A stretch of 32,000 nt of DNA from Nitrosospira multiformis ATCC 25196 (GTDB lineage: Bacteria; Pseudomonadota; Gammaproteobacteria; Burkholderiales; Nitrosomonadaceae). This document shows, in pieces, positions 19,998-29,691 of the stretch. The notes below the pieces were generated by a model. The model saw only the letters and a list, made by a program, of their open reading frames with translations, did no database searches and was not told the DNA's origin. The stretch's first letter is position 1. The number at the start of each line of letters is the position of its first letter. The position numbers and the translations under genes were made by a program. The stretch is taken from contig NC_007614.1 in NCBI RefSeq assembly GCF_000196355.1, positions 990,001 to 1,022,000 on the forward strand. The letters are read 5' to 3'.

Positions 19998-21662
19998 TTA
20001 CCGATTGATCGGCTTATACCTGATCCGCTTGGGCTTTGCGGCTTCCTCCCCGAGGCGTTTCCGCTTGTCCGCTTCATATTCCTGGTAATTGCCATCGAAG
20101 AATGCCACCTGCGAATTGCCCTCGAACGACAGGATATGGGTAGCGATACGGTCAAGGAACCAGCGGTCATGCGAGATGACCATCACGCATCCCGCAAACT
20201 CTAGCAACGCATCTTCCAGTGCACGCAGAGTTTCCACATCGAGGTCGTTGGAAGGCTCATCCAGCAATAGGACATTGCCTCCGGCAATAAGCGTTTTAGC
20301 CAGGTGAAGTCTTCCACGTTCACCCCCGGACAAGTTACCCACTATCTTCTGTTGATCCGAGCCCTTGAAATTGAAACGGCCAAGATAGGCGCGTGCTGGC
20401 GTTTCATATCTGCCGACCGTCAGGAGGTCATGCCCGTCCGAGATCGCATCGAATACGGTTTTACCGTCTTCCAAGGCGGCGCGCGATTGATCCACATGGG
20501 AAATTTTCACGGTTGCGCCGATTTCTATATTGCCGGAATCCGGCTGCTCCTTTCCTGTAATCATCCGGAAAAGCGTGGATTTTCCGGCTCCATTCGGACC
20601 GATGATACCGACAATGGCACCGGGAGGCACCTTGAAACTCAGATTGTCGATCAGCAGGCGATCGCCATATGCTTTCGATACGTTCCTGAACTCGATGACT
20701 TCGTTACCCAGTCTTTCGGCCACAGGAATGAAGATCTCCTGCGTTTCGTTACGTTTCTGGTACTCCTGCGAATTGAGTTCATCAAAGCGCGCAATACGTG
20801 CCTTGGATTTTGCCTGGCGTCCCCTGGGGTTTTGTCGTACCCACTCCAGCTCTTTTTTAAGCGCTTTCTGGCGTGCCGATTCGGCTGATTCTTCCTGTTT
20901 CAGGCGGGTTTCTTTCTGCTCCAGCCAGGAACTGTAATTGCCCTTCCATGGGATGCCGTGCCCGCGGTCGAGCTCCAGGATCCATTCCGCCGCGTTATCG
21001 AGAAAATAGCGATCGTGCGTCACTGCCACTACAGTACCCGGAAACCGTGTAAGGAATTGCTCCAGCCATTCCACTGACTCCGCATCCAGGTGGTTGGTAG
21101 GTTCGTCTAGCAATAGCATGTCCGGTTTGGACAGCAGCAATTTGCATAAGGCGACACGCCGTTTCTCGCCACCCGAGAGATTCTTTACGATGGCGTCCCA
21201 TTCCGGCAGACGCAGCGCATCGGCTGCGACTTCCATCTGCTGACCGATGTTTCCGCCGCTGGCGGCGATGATCGCTTCGAGCCGGCTTTGCTCGGACGCC
21301 AGGGCATCGAAGTCCGCATCCGGCTCGGCATAGGCAGCATAAACCTCCTCCAGTTTCTGTTGCGCGCTGAATACCTCCCCCAGCCCTTCCTGTACCGCTT
21401 CGCGTACCGTGTGCTCGGCGTTGAGCTGCGGCTCCTGTGGAAGGTAACCGATATTGAGGTTGGGCATGGCAGTGACTTCGCCCTCGATATCCTTGTCCAC
21501 GCCCGCCATGATTTTCAGAACGGTTGATTTGCCTGAACCGTTGAGTCCCAGCAAACCTATCTTTGCGCCGGGAAAAAAACTGATGGAAATATCCTTGAGT
21601 ATCGTGCGCCGGGGTGGAACCACTTTGCCCACCCGGTTCATGGTAAGTACGTATTGGGCCAT
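19998..21662 (-). CDS. ettA: ABC-F protein, energy-dependent translational throttle EttA
   Basis: 554 aa. Two ABC cassettes (GLNGSGKSTVLK / GPNGAGKSTLFR), two signatures (LSGGEKRRVALCKLLL / LSGGERGRLHLAKTL), long linker, start MAQYVLTMNRVGKVVPPRR. Confidence 0.95.
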   Translation of the reverse strand: MAQYVLTMNRVGKVVPPRRTILKDISISFFPGAKIGLLGLNGSGKSTVLKIMAGVDKDIEGEVTAMPNLNIGYLPQEPQLNAEHTVREAVQEGLGEVFSAQQKLEEVYAAYAEPDADFDALASEQSRLEAIIAASGGNIGQQMEVAADALRLPEWDAIVKNLSGGEKRRVALCKLLLSKPDMLLLDEPTNHLDAESVEWLEQFLTRFPGTVVAVTHDRYFLDNAAEWILELDRGHGIPWKGNYSSWLEQKETRLKQEESAESARQKALKKELEWVRQNPRGRQAKSKARIARFDELNSQEYQKRNETQEIFIPVAERLGNEVIEFRNVSKAYGDRLLIDNLSFKVPPGAIVGIIGPNGAGKSTLFRMITGKEQPDSGNIEIGATVKISHVDQSRAALEDGKTVFDAISDGHDLLTVGRYETPARAYLGRFNFKGSDQQKIVGNLSGGERGRLHLAKTLIAGGNVLLLDEPSNDLDVETLRALEDALLEFAGCVMVISHDRWFLDRIATHILSFEGNSQVAFFDGNYQEYEADKRKRLGEEAAKPKRIRYKPINR

Positions 21663-21932
21663 AACTGAATGAAAAATTGAAAAAATTCGAGTTTAACGCA
21701 TGAGAGTCCCAGCATGAAGCACTATCCGGACAGAATATTCTTCTGCTGTTTCATGTATCGAAAATCACGCAACAAATGCTGAGCTAGCGTTATTTCTTTA
21801 TAATTCCTCCCGCTCCCGGCAGTAGAAAGATTTCTTTATCTGAACCCCCACGGACTCCTGATTTTTTTGCGCGTGGCCGGACCCGCCCCGGCTTCGATTA
21901 CGCACGTTTGGCGGTGGATTGGAGTGAAATAA

Positions 21933-22262
21933 ATGCTGTTTTCTCTGAGAAGCGCGGCGCTTGTCATCGTTGCCGCAAGTGGTTTATTGGTCGGTTGCGC
22001 GACCTCGGAAAAAGTACAAGTGGTGCAGCCCGGTGACCCGAACCTGTCCTGCAATGCAATCAAGGGGGAATTTGCGAGGCTTGACAAAGCACAAGCTGAC
22101 ATAGATTCAAAGAGAGGGGTTACTGGAACCAATGTTGCAGCAGCCCTTTTTTGGCTTCCGGGCCTGGCCTATACCTATTATGATGCCGGGGAGGCAACCC
22201 GGTTGATCAGTGACAGAAGGAGTGCGCTTACGACCATCTATAACAACAAAAATTGCCAGTAA
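21933..22262 (+). CDS. Small lipoprotein of unknown function
   Basis: 109 aa with signal peptide and lipobox (LLVGC), a 'NLSCNAIKGEFARLDKAQADI' helix, and 'AALFWLPGLAYTYYDAGEATRLISDR' near the C-terminus. Confidence 0.75.
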   Translation: MLFSLRSAALVIVAASGLLVGCATSEKVQVVQPGDPNLSCNAIKGEFARLDKAQADIDSKRGVTGTNVAAALFWLPGLAYTYYDAGEATRLISDRRSALTTIYNNKNCQ

Positions 22263-22366
22263 GCCATCGCTTGGCCTGTTTGAGCTGCTTGCTCTGAAAG
22301 GGGCAAGCGTCAGGCCGCAAATTGCGCAGCGCCCGATAAATTTCTCGTGCCTTTCTCCTGCCTTTC

Positions 22367-23092
22367 TCATGGCTTGTGCGACGTCGCCCGGGCAAGCCGC
22401 TCGGCATTATCCCTAGTGTCATACATATTGATAACAGGCTTATCCTTTGCCGCCTTTTCCATTCTGGCCCGAATTCCGGCTGCCATTTCATTATTGCGCT
22501 GCACTGCGGGACGCGCCTCCATTGCAGTAAACCAGCGCATGAAGCTCGGGAAGGCCTCTCCACCGACGCCGCGCTCCGCATGCCCTTTACACCAAGGGTA
22601 GGTGGCGATATCGGCGATTGAATATTCATCGCACCCGAGCCACGCGGATGCGCCCAGCCGGTTTTCCAGCACTCGATAGAGGCGCAGCGACTCATTGTTG
22701 TACCTGTCCCGCGCGTATTGGTTGTCTCTGGCCTGCCGATTGAAATGGTTCGCCTGCCCGAACATGGGGCCGATATGCGCCACCTGGAAGAACAGCCATT
22801 GCAGCGTATCATAGCGCTTATGCGCCTCCACAGGCAGGAATCTGCCTGTTTTCTCCGCGAGATAAAGGAGAATCGCACCCGATTCCATCATTGTGTAGGG
22901 GCTACCCCCCGGACCCTCCATATCCACGATCGCCGGAATCTTGTTATTGGGATTGAGTTTCAGATGCTCCGGCTGGAATTGCTCCCCCACATTGATATCG
23001 ACGTCGATGTGTTTCCATTCGATTCCGATTTCTTCCAGCATGATCATCACTTTCTGGCCGTTCGGGGTTGGACTGGAATGCAGTTCGATCAT
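22367..23092 (-). CDS. Glutathione S-transferase family protein (YfcG/YghU-like)
   Basis: Met at 23092 (MIELHSSPTPNGQKVMIMLEEIGIEW). NPNNKIPAIVD, MMESGAILLYLAEKTGRFLP, EYSIADIATYPW. Confidence 0.9.
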   Translation of the reverse strand: MIELHSSPTPNGQKVMIMLEEIGIEWKHIDVDINVGEQFQPEHLKLNPNNKIPAIVDMEGPGGSPYTMMESGAILLYLAEKTGRFLPVEAHKRYDTLQWLFFQVAHIGPMFGQANHFNRQARDNQYARDRYNNESLRLYRVLENRLGASAWLGCDEYSIADIATYPWCKGHAERGVGGEAFPSFMRWFTAMEARPAVQRNNEMAAGIRARMEKAAKDKPVINMYDTRDNAERLARATSHKP

Positions 23093-23354
23093 GATTCCTC
23101 CTGGGTCACTTGCATGATTGGTTCTTTCCGTCAATTACTCGTGGATGGCAGAGCATGGTCCCTCCATTGTCTGGTTTGTCTTGTTGCCTCATTGTGTGTC
23201 AGGCTGTAACGGACTGTACTGTTCGACAGGGGAAAAAGGTTCAGCATGGCGCAGAGGCATTTGCTGATATTATTTCACTCATCATTGCTCTTTCCCCAGA
23301 TAGCGGCACCGAATCACTTTTTTGCCGTTTTCATGTCCCTCAAAGGAAGCTCGC

Positions 23355-24128
23355 TTGTTCAAAATAATTTTAGCCCTGTTGGGCCTTTACTTCTTCGGCA
23401 TTTTTGGCGCATTTCTCGGATACATTGCCGGCAGCTTCATCGATCGTTACCGTGCTTACGGCGCAGGTGCAATCAATCCGTTTACGAGCGCACAGCGGCA
23501 GACGGTTTTTCTCGAAACCGTTTTCATACTCATGGGAAAACTTGCCAAGGCAGACGGTCATATTTCCCAGGAGGAGATTAACCATGTTGAAAACTTCATG
23601 CAGAAGCTGGGGATGTCGCCGGAGCATCGACAGGTGGCGATCGGGCTTTTCAAACAGGGCGCTGCGCCCGGGTTTGATCACGCCCCCAAGCTGAATGAGT
23701 TCATGATTGTTTGCGGGCATACCCGTAACTTGGGGCAGATGCTTCTGGTTTATCTTATCGTCATGGCAGTGGCGGACGGGCACATGGACGCGGCCGAGGA
23801 AAGCTTGTTAAGAGATGTAGCGCGCTATCTTGGCTATGACCCGTCTGCATTCCGCCAGCTGCTGGACATGGTGTTGAGTCAGTCGCATTTCGCAAGGGGG
23901 CAGCCACCCTCGGCTACCACTCTTGACGATGCCTATAAAGCGTTGGGGGTGACCCGGGAAAGCAGCGATCAGGAAATCAAGCGCGCCTATCGCAAGCTGA
24001 TGAGCCAGTACCACCCCGATAAATTGATGGGGCAGGGCATGCCGGAAGATATGATTGCAATGGCCACCGCAAAATCCCAGGAAGTGCAGGCTGCCTATGA
24101 CTTGATCAGGAAGAGCCGGAATATGTAG
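23355..24128 (+). CDS. djlA: Membrane-anchored DnaJ-like co-chaperone DjlA
   Basis: N-terminal TM (FKIILALLGLYFFGIFGAFLGYIAG), TerB-like middle domain (LAKADGHISQEEI, ADGHMDAAEESLL), C-terminal J-domain (DAYKALGVTRESSDQEIKRAYRKLMSQYHPDKL). TTG at 23355 with AAGGA upstream is the likely start; the track starts at 23322. Confidence 0.92.
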   Translation: MFKIILALLGLYFFGIFGAFLGYIAGSFIDRYRAYGAGAINPFTSAQRQTVFLETVFILMGKLAKADGHISQEEINHVENFMQKLGMSPEHRQVAIGLFKQGAAPGFDHAPKLNEFMIVCGHTRNLGQMLLVYLIVMAVADGHMDAAEESLLRDVARYLGYDPSAFRQLLDMVLSQSHFARGQPPSATTLDDAYKALGVTRESSDQEIKRAYRKLMSQYHPDKLMGQGMPEDMIAMATAKSQEVQAAYDLIRKSRNM

Positions 24129-24173
24129 GAATGCCCTGAACCCGTTGCTCCCTGGCGAACCTGTTTTGAATGC

Positions 24174-25334
24174 TTAGAGATTCAGCGGCTCCACGTAACC
24201 GGTCAGTTCGAGGTAGCCGCGCCCCGCAGGTTCGCCATCGCGGGTAACGGTCACCGCGCCTTCCCAATAGACGGCGCCGGTGGATTGCCGCGAGTCAAGT
24301 TCCTGGTCGTCCATCAGGGGTGTGAGGATCCAGCCGGTAGTGCCGGTCCGGATTCGTATTTTGACTGGATAGGTGGTGTTGGTGCGTGTTGAATGCCAGG
24401 TGCGTTGCGGTTCAAAGCTTACCTGATCCGGTTCAAAGCGCGTGAACTGCCCCGACGGCTTCCGGATCCCGGCATACGCCCAGACCTTGCTGCCGTCCTT
24501 GCCGCGGATCTGAAACGCCATCAGGGCTGACCCATCGTCAAGATTGGCGCCAACCCAATCCCATCCTACCGCTTTCGGATCGAGGTAGGCAGTAGACCAC
24601 TCGTGGTCGAGCCACGCGATGCCCTTCACGGTGATTTCCTCGCCATCGCGCGTTACTTTCCCACTTACCTGCAGGTGAGGCTCACTGTAGTAATAGCTGG
24701 CCTGCTCCGGGTGCGGCCCCTTCCTGGAAAAACCGTTGAGATCTTGCAGCATGGGGGATTGCGTGGGCGTCAGCGAAAAATCGAGCCGGAAATGGTCTGC
24801 TTTTATGCGTGTCTGGTAGCGCCCGTTTTCCTCCCGCACCATAAACCAATCGCCCAGTTTGACGTTCGTGTTGTCCTCTGTGGTATATGCCAGACCAAAA
24901 CCATCCCGTGCACTTTTCTGGTCATGCAGGAGTTTACCCGCTGCCGGATCAGACAAGGCGGCGTGGGCAATGATGAGGTCTCTGGGGGCAAAGCGGCTGG
25001 GGTTGGCGCGATCGTGTTCGGTCGCCACACGGAAAAAGGTGATCTGGAAGCCAAGCGGTTCTTTTTCGGGTGTTTCCAGCCAGCCGGTTACATACCACCA
25101 CTCATTTCTGAAACCAGGATGCGCCCCGAAATCCCGTGGGAACACAAGGGGCACGTTTCGAACTACCGGTGAGAGTTGTGGCCGTTCTGCCAGAACACGA
25201 CCGGTGGTAAAGAAAGCAAGGAACAAAGCTGCAACAAGGAAAGCGGTTCCAGTCAGCCGTTTGAATCCGGCATCGTGCCACCTTTGTTTGCGGGAACGGG
25301 TGAAATATCCGGGATTACGCTTTACGACTCGCAT
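24174..25334 (-). CDS. Lipocalin-like/CrtC (AttH-type) protein, exported
   Basis: Met at 25334 (MRVVKRNPGYFTRSRKQ...). HPGFRNEWWYVTGWLET, ISYYYSEPHLQ-like QASYYYSEPHLQVSG, WLDHEWSTAYL, GWDWVGANLDDGSALMAFQIR. Confidence 0.85.
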   Translation of the reverse strand: MRVVKRNPGYFTRSRKQRWHDAGFKRLTGTAFLVAALFLAFFTTGRVLAERPQLSPVVRNVPLVFPRDFGAHPGFRNEWWYVTGWLETPEKEPLGFQITFFRVATEHDRANPSRFAPRDLIIAHAALSDPAAGKLLHDQKSARDGFGLAYTTEDNTNVKLGDWFMVREENGRYQTRIKADHFRLDFSLTPTQSPMLQDLNGFSRKGPHPEQASYYYSEPHLQVSGKVTRDGEEITVKGIAWLDHEWSTAYLDPKAVGWDWVGANLDDGSALMAFQIRGKDGSKVWAYAGIRKPSGQFTRFEPDQVSFEPQRTWHSTRTNTTYPVKIRIRTGTTGWILTPLMDDQELDSRQSTGAVYWEGAVTVTRDGEPAGRGYLELTGYVEPLNL

Positions 25335-27901
25335 TACCAGTCCTCCCTTACGGCGCGTACTGCATTGCCCGAAACGGCGTGGCGCCCCGATGCCACTGCC
25401 GTGAATGCAGCCAGAAACATCAGTGTCAGCGCCACGCTCAAGAGACTCTCCCAGGGGAGACTCAATTGCATGGTCCAGTGGAACGATTGGGGGTTCACGA
25501 TAAAAACCAGGATCAGGCTGATACATCCTCCAAGCACAAAGCCGAGCACAACGCCGAGCGCTGTCAGCAGACCTCCTTCTATTGCCAGCATGCCAAGTAT
25601 CTGGCGCCGTGTCATGCCGATGTGGCGCAGCATTCCAAATTCTTTGATGCGCCCCAGGGCCTGCGCCGAGAAGCTGGCCGCAACACCGAGCAGGCCAATG
25701 ATTATTGCCACACCTTCAAGCAGATAGGTTACGGCAAAGCTGCGGTCAAAAATATTCAGGCTCAGCGCGCGTATCTGACCCGGATCGGAAAACTTCAGCG
25801 CATTGCCAAACGGGAGCTGCCTCATCGACTCGATTACCTGTTCCGGCGCCACCCCTTGCTCCAGCCAAAGGGCGGCATCATTCACGAGCCGATCATCCGT
25901 CAGGGCCTGATAATCCGCCAAGCGCATCTGTATCGCGCCGAATTGCCGCCCATAGTCACGCCATACTCCTGTCACGATAAACGTGCGTGCGGGAATAGCG
26001 ATGGGTAGCGTGACGTGCTTGCCAAGCGTATAACCGTATAAATCCACCATGGGTTCGGAAACCCAGATCGGAATTGCACCTTTCGGAAGCTGGGCGACCG
26101 GAATCGATTCGCCTGTCAGCGGCAACGTATTGCCGGGCTCGGATATATCGATGGGACGCGCGATCAGCGTGATATTGGGCCGGCTAGGATCGAGCATCAG
26201 CTTGGAGGAGCGGAAAAAGTCCACTCGCACGAGACCCGGCGTTTCCGCCAGTGCTTTCATCTCATCCGGGGTTAGGCCCCGCGTATCTCCGCTCGCTGCG
26301 GTTTCGACATACAGATCGGCAGGCAGGATATGCCTCAACCAGTCATCGACCGATACGCGAAAACTTGCAACCATGATCGCCATGGCGACCATCAGGGTAA
26401 AGCTTGCCAATATGCCGCCAAGCGCGATCGCGGCTTGATTGGGGGCATTGGCGAGCCGCGCCAGTGCCGTAGTCAGCACCGGCCTCGCACGGCCCGCGTG
26501 CTGCGCCATACGGAATACGACAGTGAAAATGAGTGCAGAAAGGGGTGGCATGAGAATAATGCCGCCCGTCAGCAGTTGCGCTACGGCAAGATAACCGAAA
26601 ATCGGTAAATCGAAAATCGGCGGCAATCGGGTAAAGAGGATGCCCGAAGCAAGGAAAAGCAATCCCGGCCACGGATTCCCCAGCCTGGCAAGGGCCGTAT
26701 CTTCGCTGCCGGATTTCAATGCGGGCGCTGGAAGAGCCGTGGCTGCTTCCCAGGCAGGAGCGGCACTGCCAAGCAAGGTAATGCCCACCCCCAGAATGAA
26801 AAAGACCATTGCTGCCACGGGGTCAAAATGCATGACGGGTTTTATTCCAGGGAAAAACCCCCCTCCGAGGTCTCCGCCAAAATAATGCAGCGCGCTGGTG
26901 GCTGTAGCATATCCGAGAGCAAGGCCGAGCAGCGACCCGATGAAGCCAAGAATGGCGCCCTCCCATAAAACCTGTCCCAGCATTTGTTTGCGCGTAACGC
27001 CGAGCACCCGCAACAGGGCGAACTGGTGTCTTCGCCGGACAATGGATAGCGCCTGGGTGGAGAATACCAGAAAGGTGCCGGTAAACAGCGCTACCATCGC
27101 AAGCACGTTCAGGTTTACCCGATAGGCACGCGACATGTTTGCCACCCGGGTTTCCCCGGTGGTGGGTTCGGCAACGAGGTATTGGTTCTGGGGCTCCAGT
27201 TCCTGCTCGAGTTGCGCCTTGAATGCAGCTTTATCAGTGCCGGGAAGCAGTTTCAACTCGACGCGCGATAACTGGCCGAGACGATGAAACCGCCATTGCG
27301 CCGTGGCAATATCCATTACGCCAATGCGCTGTCCCGCCCGCGCCCTGCGCAATCCCCCGGCAACCCGCAGTGCGACTGTCTGGGTGCCTACACTCAGGTT
27401 CAGGATGTCGCCTTGCTTTACCCCCAGCCATTCCATGGCGGCAGGAGAGAGGAAAATGGCGTCATCCGCGAGGACATCGAACAGCTTGTCTTCTGCCGGA
27501 ATCCCAATCAGGTCGGGCGCCATGACCGAGGCACGAAAAATATCCAGCCCGAGAATTTTCAGGGTGGCGTCTTTGCGCTCCCTAGAATGGTTGGGGAGGG
27601 AAACGTCGAGTTCCAGTACGGGATTTGCCAGCTCGACATCCTCTTGCTCTGCCAGCAGTGGATAAATCGATTCGTCGATTGTGGCCTGCGGGCCACGCAC
27701 TTCAAGATCCGACTCGCCGGAAAGGCTGCGCGCGGCGGCGGAAAATTCGTTGAAGGCGGCAGTATTGATGAGGTGGATGGCAAACCCGAGCGCCACCCCG
27801 AGCGCGATTGCGATCACGGCGACGCCTGACTGAACCTTATGAGCCTGCCATTCCCCCGATAGCAGCCAACGAGCGAGTATGCTCCTGTTGCGCCACCTCA
27901 T
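25334..27901 (-). CDS. ABC transporter permease (FtsX/LolC/MacB-type, two-module)
   Basis: 855 aa. Multiple TM helices, FtsX-like segments (FSTQALSIVRRRHQFALLRVLGVTRKQMLGQVLWEG and FGMLRHIGMTRRQILGMLAIEG). Confidence 0.9.
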   Translation of the reverse strand: MRWRNRSILARWLLSGEWQAHKVQSGVAVIAIALGVALGFAIHLINTAAFNEFSAAARSLSGESDLEVRGPQATIDESIYPLLAEQEDVELANPVLELDVSLPNHSRERKDATLKILGLDIFRASVMAPDLIGIPAEDKLFDVLADDAIFLSPAAMEWLGVKQGDILNLSVGTQTVALRVAGGLRRARAGQRIGVMDIATAQWRFHRLGQLSRVELKLLPGTDKAAFKAQLEQELEPQNQYLVAEPTTGETRVANMSRAYRVNLNVLAMVALFTGTFLVFSTQALSIVRRRHQFALLRVLGVTRKQMLGQVLWEGAILGFIGSLLGLALGYATATSALHYFGGDLGGGFFPGIKPVMHFDPVAAMVFFILGVGITLLGSAAPAWEAATALPAPALKSGSEDTALARLGNPWPGLLFLASGILFTRLPPIFDLPIFGYLAVAQLLTGGIILMPPLSALIFTVVFRMAQHAGRARPVLTTALARLANAPNQAAIALGGILASFTLMVAMAIMVASFRVSVDDWLRHILPADLYVETAASGDTRGLTPDEMKALAETPGLVRVDFFRSSKLMLDPSRPNITLIARPIDISEPGNTLPLTGESIPVAQLPKGAIPIWVSEPMVDLYGYTLGKHVTLPIAIPARTFIVTGVWRDYGRQFGAIQMRLADYQALTDDRLVNDAALWLEQGVAPEQVIESMRQLPFGNALKFSDPGQIRALSLNIFDRSFAVTYLLEGVAIIIGLLGVAASFSAQALGRIKEFGMLRHIGMTRRQILGMLAIEGGLLTALGVVLGFVLGGCISLILVFIVNPQSFHWTMQLSLPWESLLSVALTLMFLAAFTAVASGRHAVSGNAVRAVREDW

Positions 27902-28692
27902 TTTATTTGCTTCGGCAAGTCCGTAGCCTTTTCCGCCACAAAGGGATGCAGCCCATCCTTTGTCAGCACGAGAACGCGGTCTGCCGTTGCCGCGGCGGCA
28001 TGCGAGTGGGTGACAATAATGCCGGAAGCGCCATTCGCCTTGATCTCCCGGCGCATGAGCATGAGGATATCGTGCGCCGTATCCGGGTCCAGGTTGCCTG
28101 TGGGTTCATCGGCGAGAATCAATTTCGGCCGATGTATCAGGGCGCGGGCGATCGCGACGCGCTGTAATTCTCCCCCCGACAGGTGACGGGGAAAATGATG
28201 GCCCCGCCCAGTCAAGCCGACCGCATCCAGCATGTGTTCCGTACCTGCGGCAGGAATGCCATTCAGAAGCAGGGGCAGGGCTATGTTCTGGCTCAGGGTC
28301 AGGTGCGGCAGGATGTGAAATGCCTGGAAAATGAAGCCGAATTCCCTGCGCCGCAAGCGGGTAGCGGCGTCATCGTCCAGTGATGACAGGGTAATGCCGT
28401 CAATCAGTATCTCGCCTGTATCGGGCACATCCAGGCCGGCGATCAGATTCAGCAGCGTGGATTTCCCGACACCGGACTCTCCCATGATCGCCACATATTC
28501 CCCCGCCCTCAAGGTATAGGACAAATCCGTCAACACCTGTCGTCCATCCCCCGCACTGGAGTAGGCTTTGCCGATATGACGTAACTCCAGTATCGCCGGC
28601 TTCAGGTCAAGCGCGTCCTGTCGTCGTGTCGAAGATTTTTCCAAGAGCTGCTCCTCCACGCCGTGGGCGGACGGCGCGTCCATGCTATTCAA
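27898..28692 (-). CDS. ABC transporter ATP-binding protein (LolD/MacB-type)
   Basis: 264 aa. MGESGVGKSTLLNLIAGLD, HLSGGELQRVAIARALIHRPKLILADEPTGNLDPDT, IIVTHSHAAA. ATGA overlap with the permease. Confidence 0.93.
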   Translation of the reverse strand: MNSMDAPSAHGVEEQLLEKSSTRRQDALDLKPAILELRHIGKAYSSAGDGRQVLTDLSYTLRAGEYVAIMGESGVGKSTLLNLIAGLDVPDTGEILIDGITLSSLDDDAATRLRRREFGFIFQAFHILPHLTLSQNIALPLLLNGIPAAGTEHMLDAVGLTGRGHHFPRHLSGGELQRVAIARALIHRPKLILADEPTGNLDPDTAHDILMLMRREIKANGASGIIVTHSHAAAATADRVLVLTKDGLHPFVAEKATDLPKQIK

Positions 28693-28815
28693 GAACTGTT
28701 ATTGTAACCTTTTGTTTGCCCGAAAGAACCTCGGAGCGAGAATATGGAGGACATGGACCGCCCCGGATCTTTAATGGTGTCCGACCTGTTTGTAGCGGGT
28801 AGGGGGAGGGAACGT

Positions 28816-29316
28816 CTATTCGTAACGGATAAATTCTTCCGCCAGCGCATCAACGCCATGACGCCTGATCAGCGCATCGATCTCCGCAAGCAAGGTGTCG
28901 TCTTCGTCATCCTCCAGAACACCGTCGCCAACCAGTTTTGCAGTCAGGCCACCGGTGATGGCCTCTCGCACTGTGCCGAGCGTGGGGGGATTTTCACGAT
29001 TTTCGTCATCGACTACGGCTTCTATTGCCCGTGTAAGCGCCTCGCTCGCATCGCTTCTCACAAAATCAATGGCCAGTGCATCTCCTCCATATTCCTCGAT
29101 CAATACATCGAGTTCGTCAAGGAGTGAGGCGTCCATGTCGAAATGGTGCAGTCGCTCAACCTCATCCAATGCAGAAGGCAGCAGACCGGCGATGAAAGTC
29201 CGAACCGTGACAAGCGTAACAGGCTGCTCCGCATCCGGATCGTTGACCCGGCTGTCGATAAGCAGCGAGAGGTTGGGGCTGACCCGGGTGTCAACATCTA
29301 CTGGATAACGTATCAT
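28816..29316 (-). CDS. Hypothetical acidic protein with an internal duplication
   Basis: 166 aa. ATG at 29316. Residues about 34-87 and 112-164 align: TLVTVRTFIAGLL...LLDELDVLIEEYGGDALAIDFVR vs TLGTVREAITGGL...LLAEIDALIRRHGVDALAEEFIR. Confidence 0.75.
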   Translation of the reverse strand: MIRYPVDVDTRVSPNLSLLIDSRVNDPDAEQPVTLVTVRTFIAGLLPSALDEVERLHHFDMDASLLDELDVLIEEYGGDALAIDFVRSDASEALTRAIEAVVDDENRENPPTLGTVREAITGGLTAKLVGDGVLEDDEDDTLLAEIDALIRRHGVDALAEEFIRYE

Positions 29317-29615
29317 GGTCTTGTACTCTGAAGGTTTTGCTGGGGTTACGAATAGCTATAACTCGGTCTTTCCTTTCATTTGCCTTTCATCTGCTGCCGC
29401 AAGCTGCAGGCAGGTGTATACGACAGCGATTCGATTATTGATGATTGTTTTTTCAGTTTAGGTTTCAGTATGAAAAAGTCAATTCGACCTTATTCTGGAT
29501 TGCCTGTCGCCGTAATGAGGTGCTGCTGATCTTGGGCGGATGAAGCACCTGCCTGTCGGATTTATTGAGAAGGACGTCTCGCCGGCTAGTTCGCTCGGGC
29601 TATTGTTGGTTTGAC

Positions 29616-29655
29616 GGGCTATCCTTTTGCTCGCGTTAGGACAGCCCTTTTCTTC
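29616..29655 (+). terminator. Terminator-like hairpin with a T-rich tail on the + strand
   Basis: GGGCT-A-TCCT tttgctcgcgtt AGGA-C-AGCCC followed by TTTTCTTC. In the minus orientation it lies 3' of pstS but has no T-tract. Confidence 0.5.
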
Positions 29656-29691
29656 TTGAATGGAAAATATTGTCAAGAAAGAATCAGCAGG

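Noticed and set aside
24603-25172. 189-aa + strand ORF opposite the AttH-like gene
   Set aside because: Antisense to a well-supported coding sequence, with no credible motifs.
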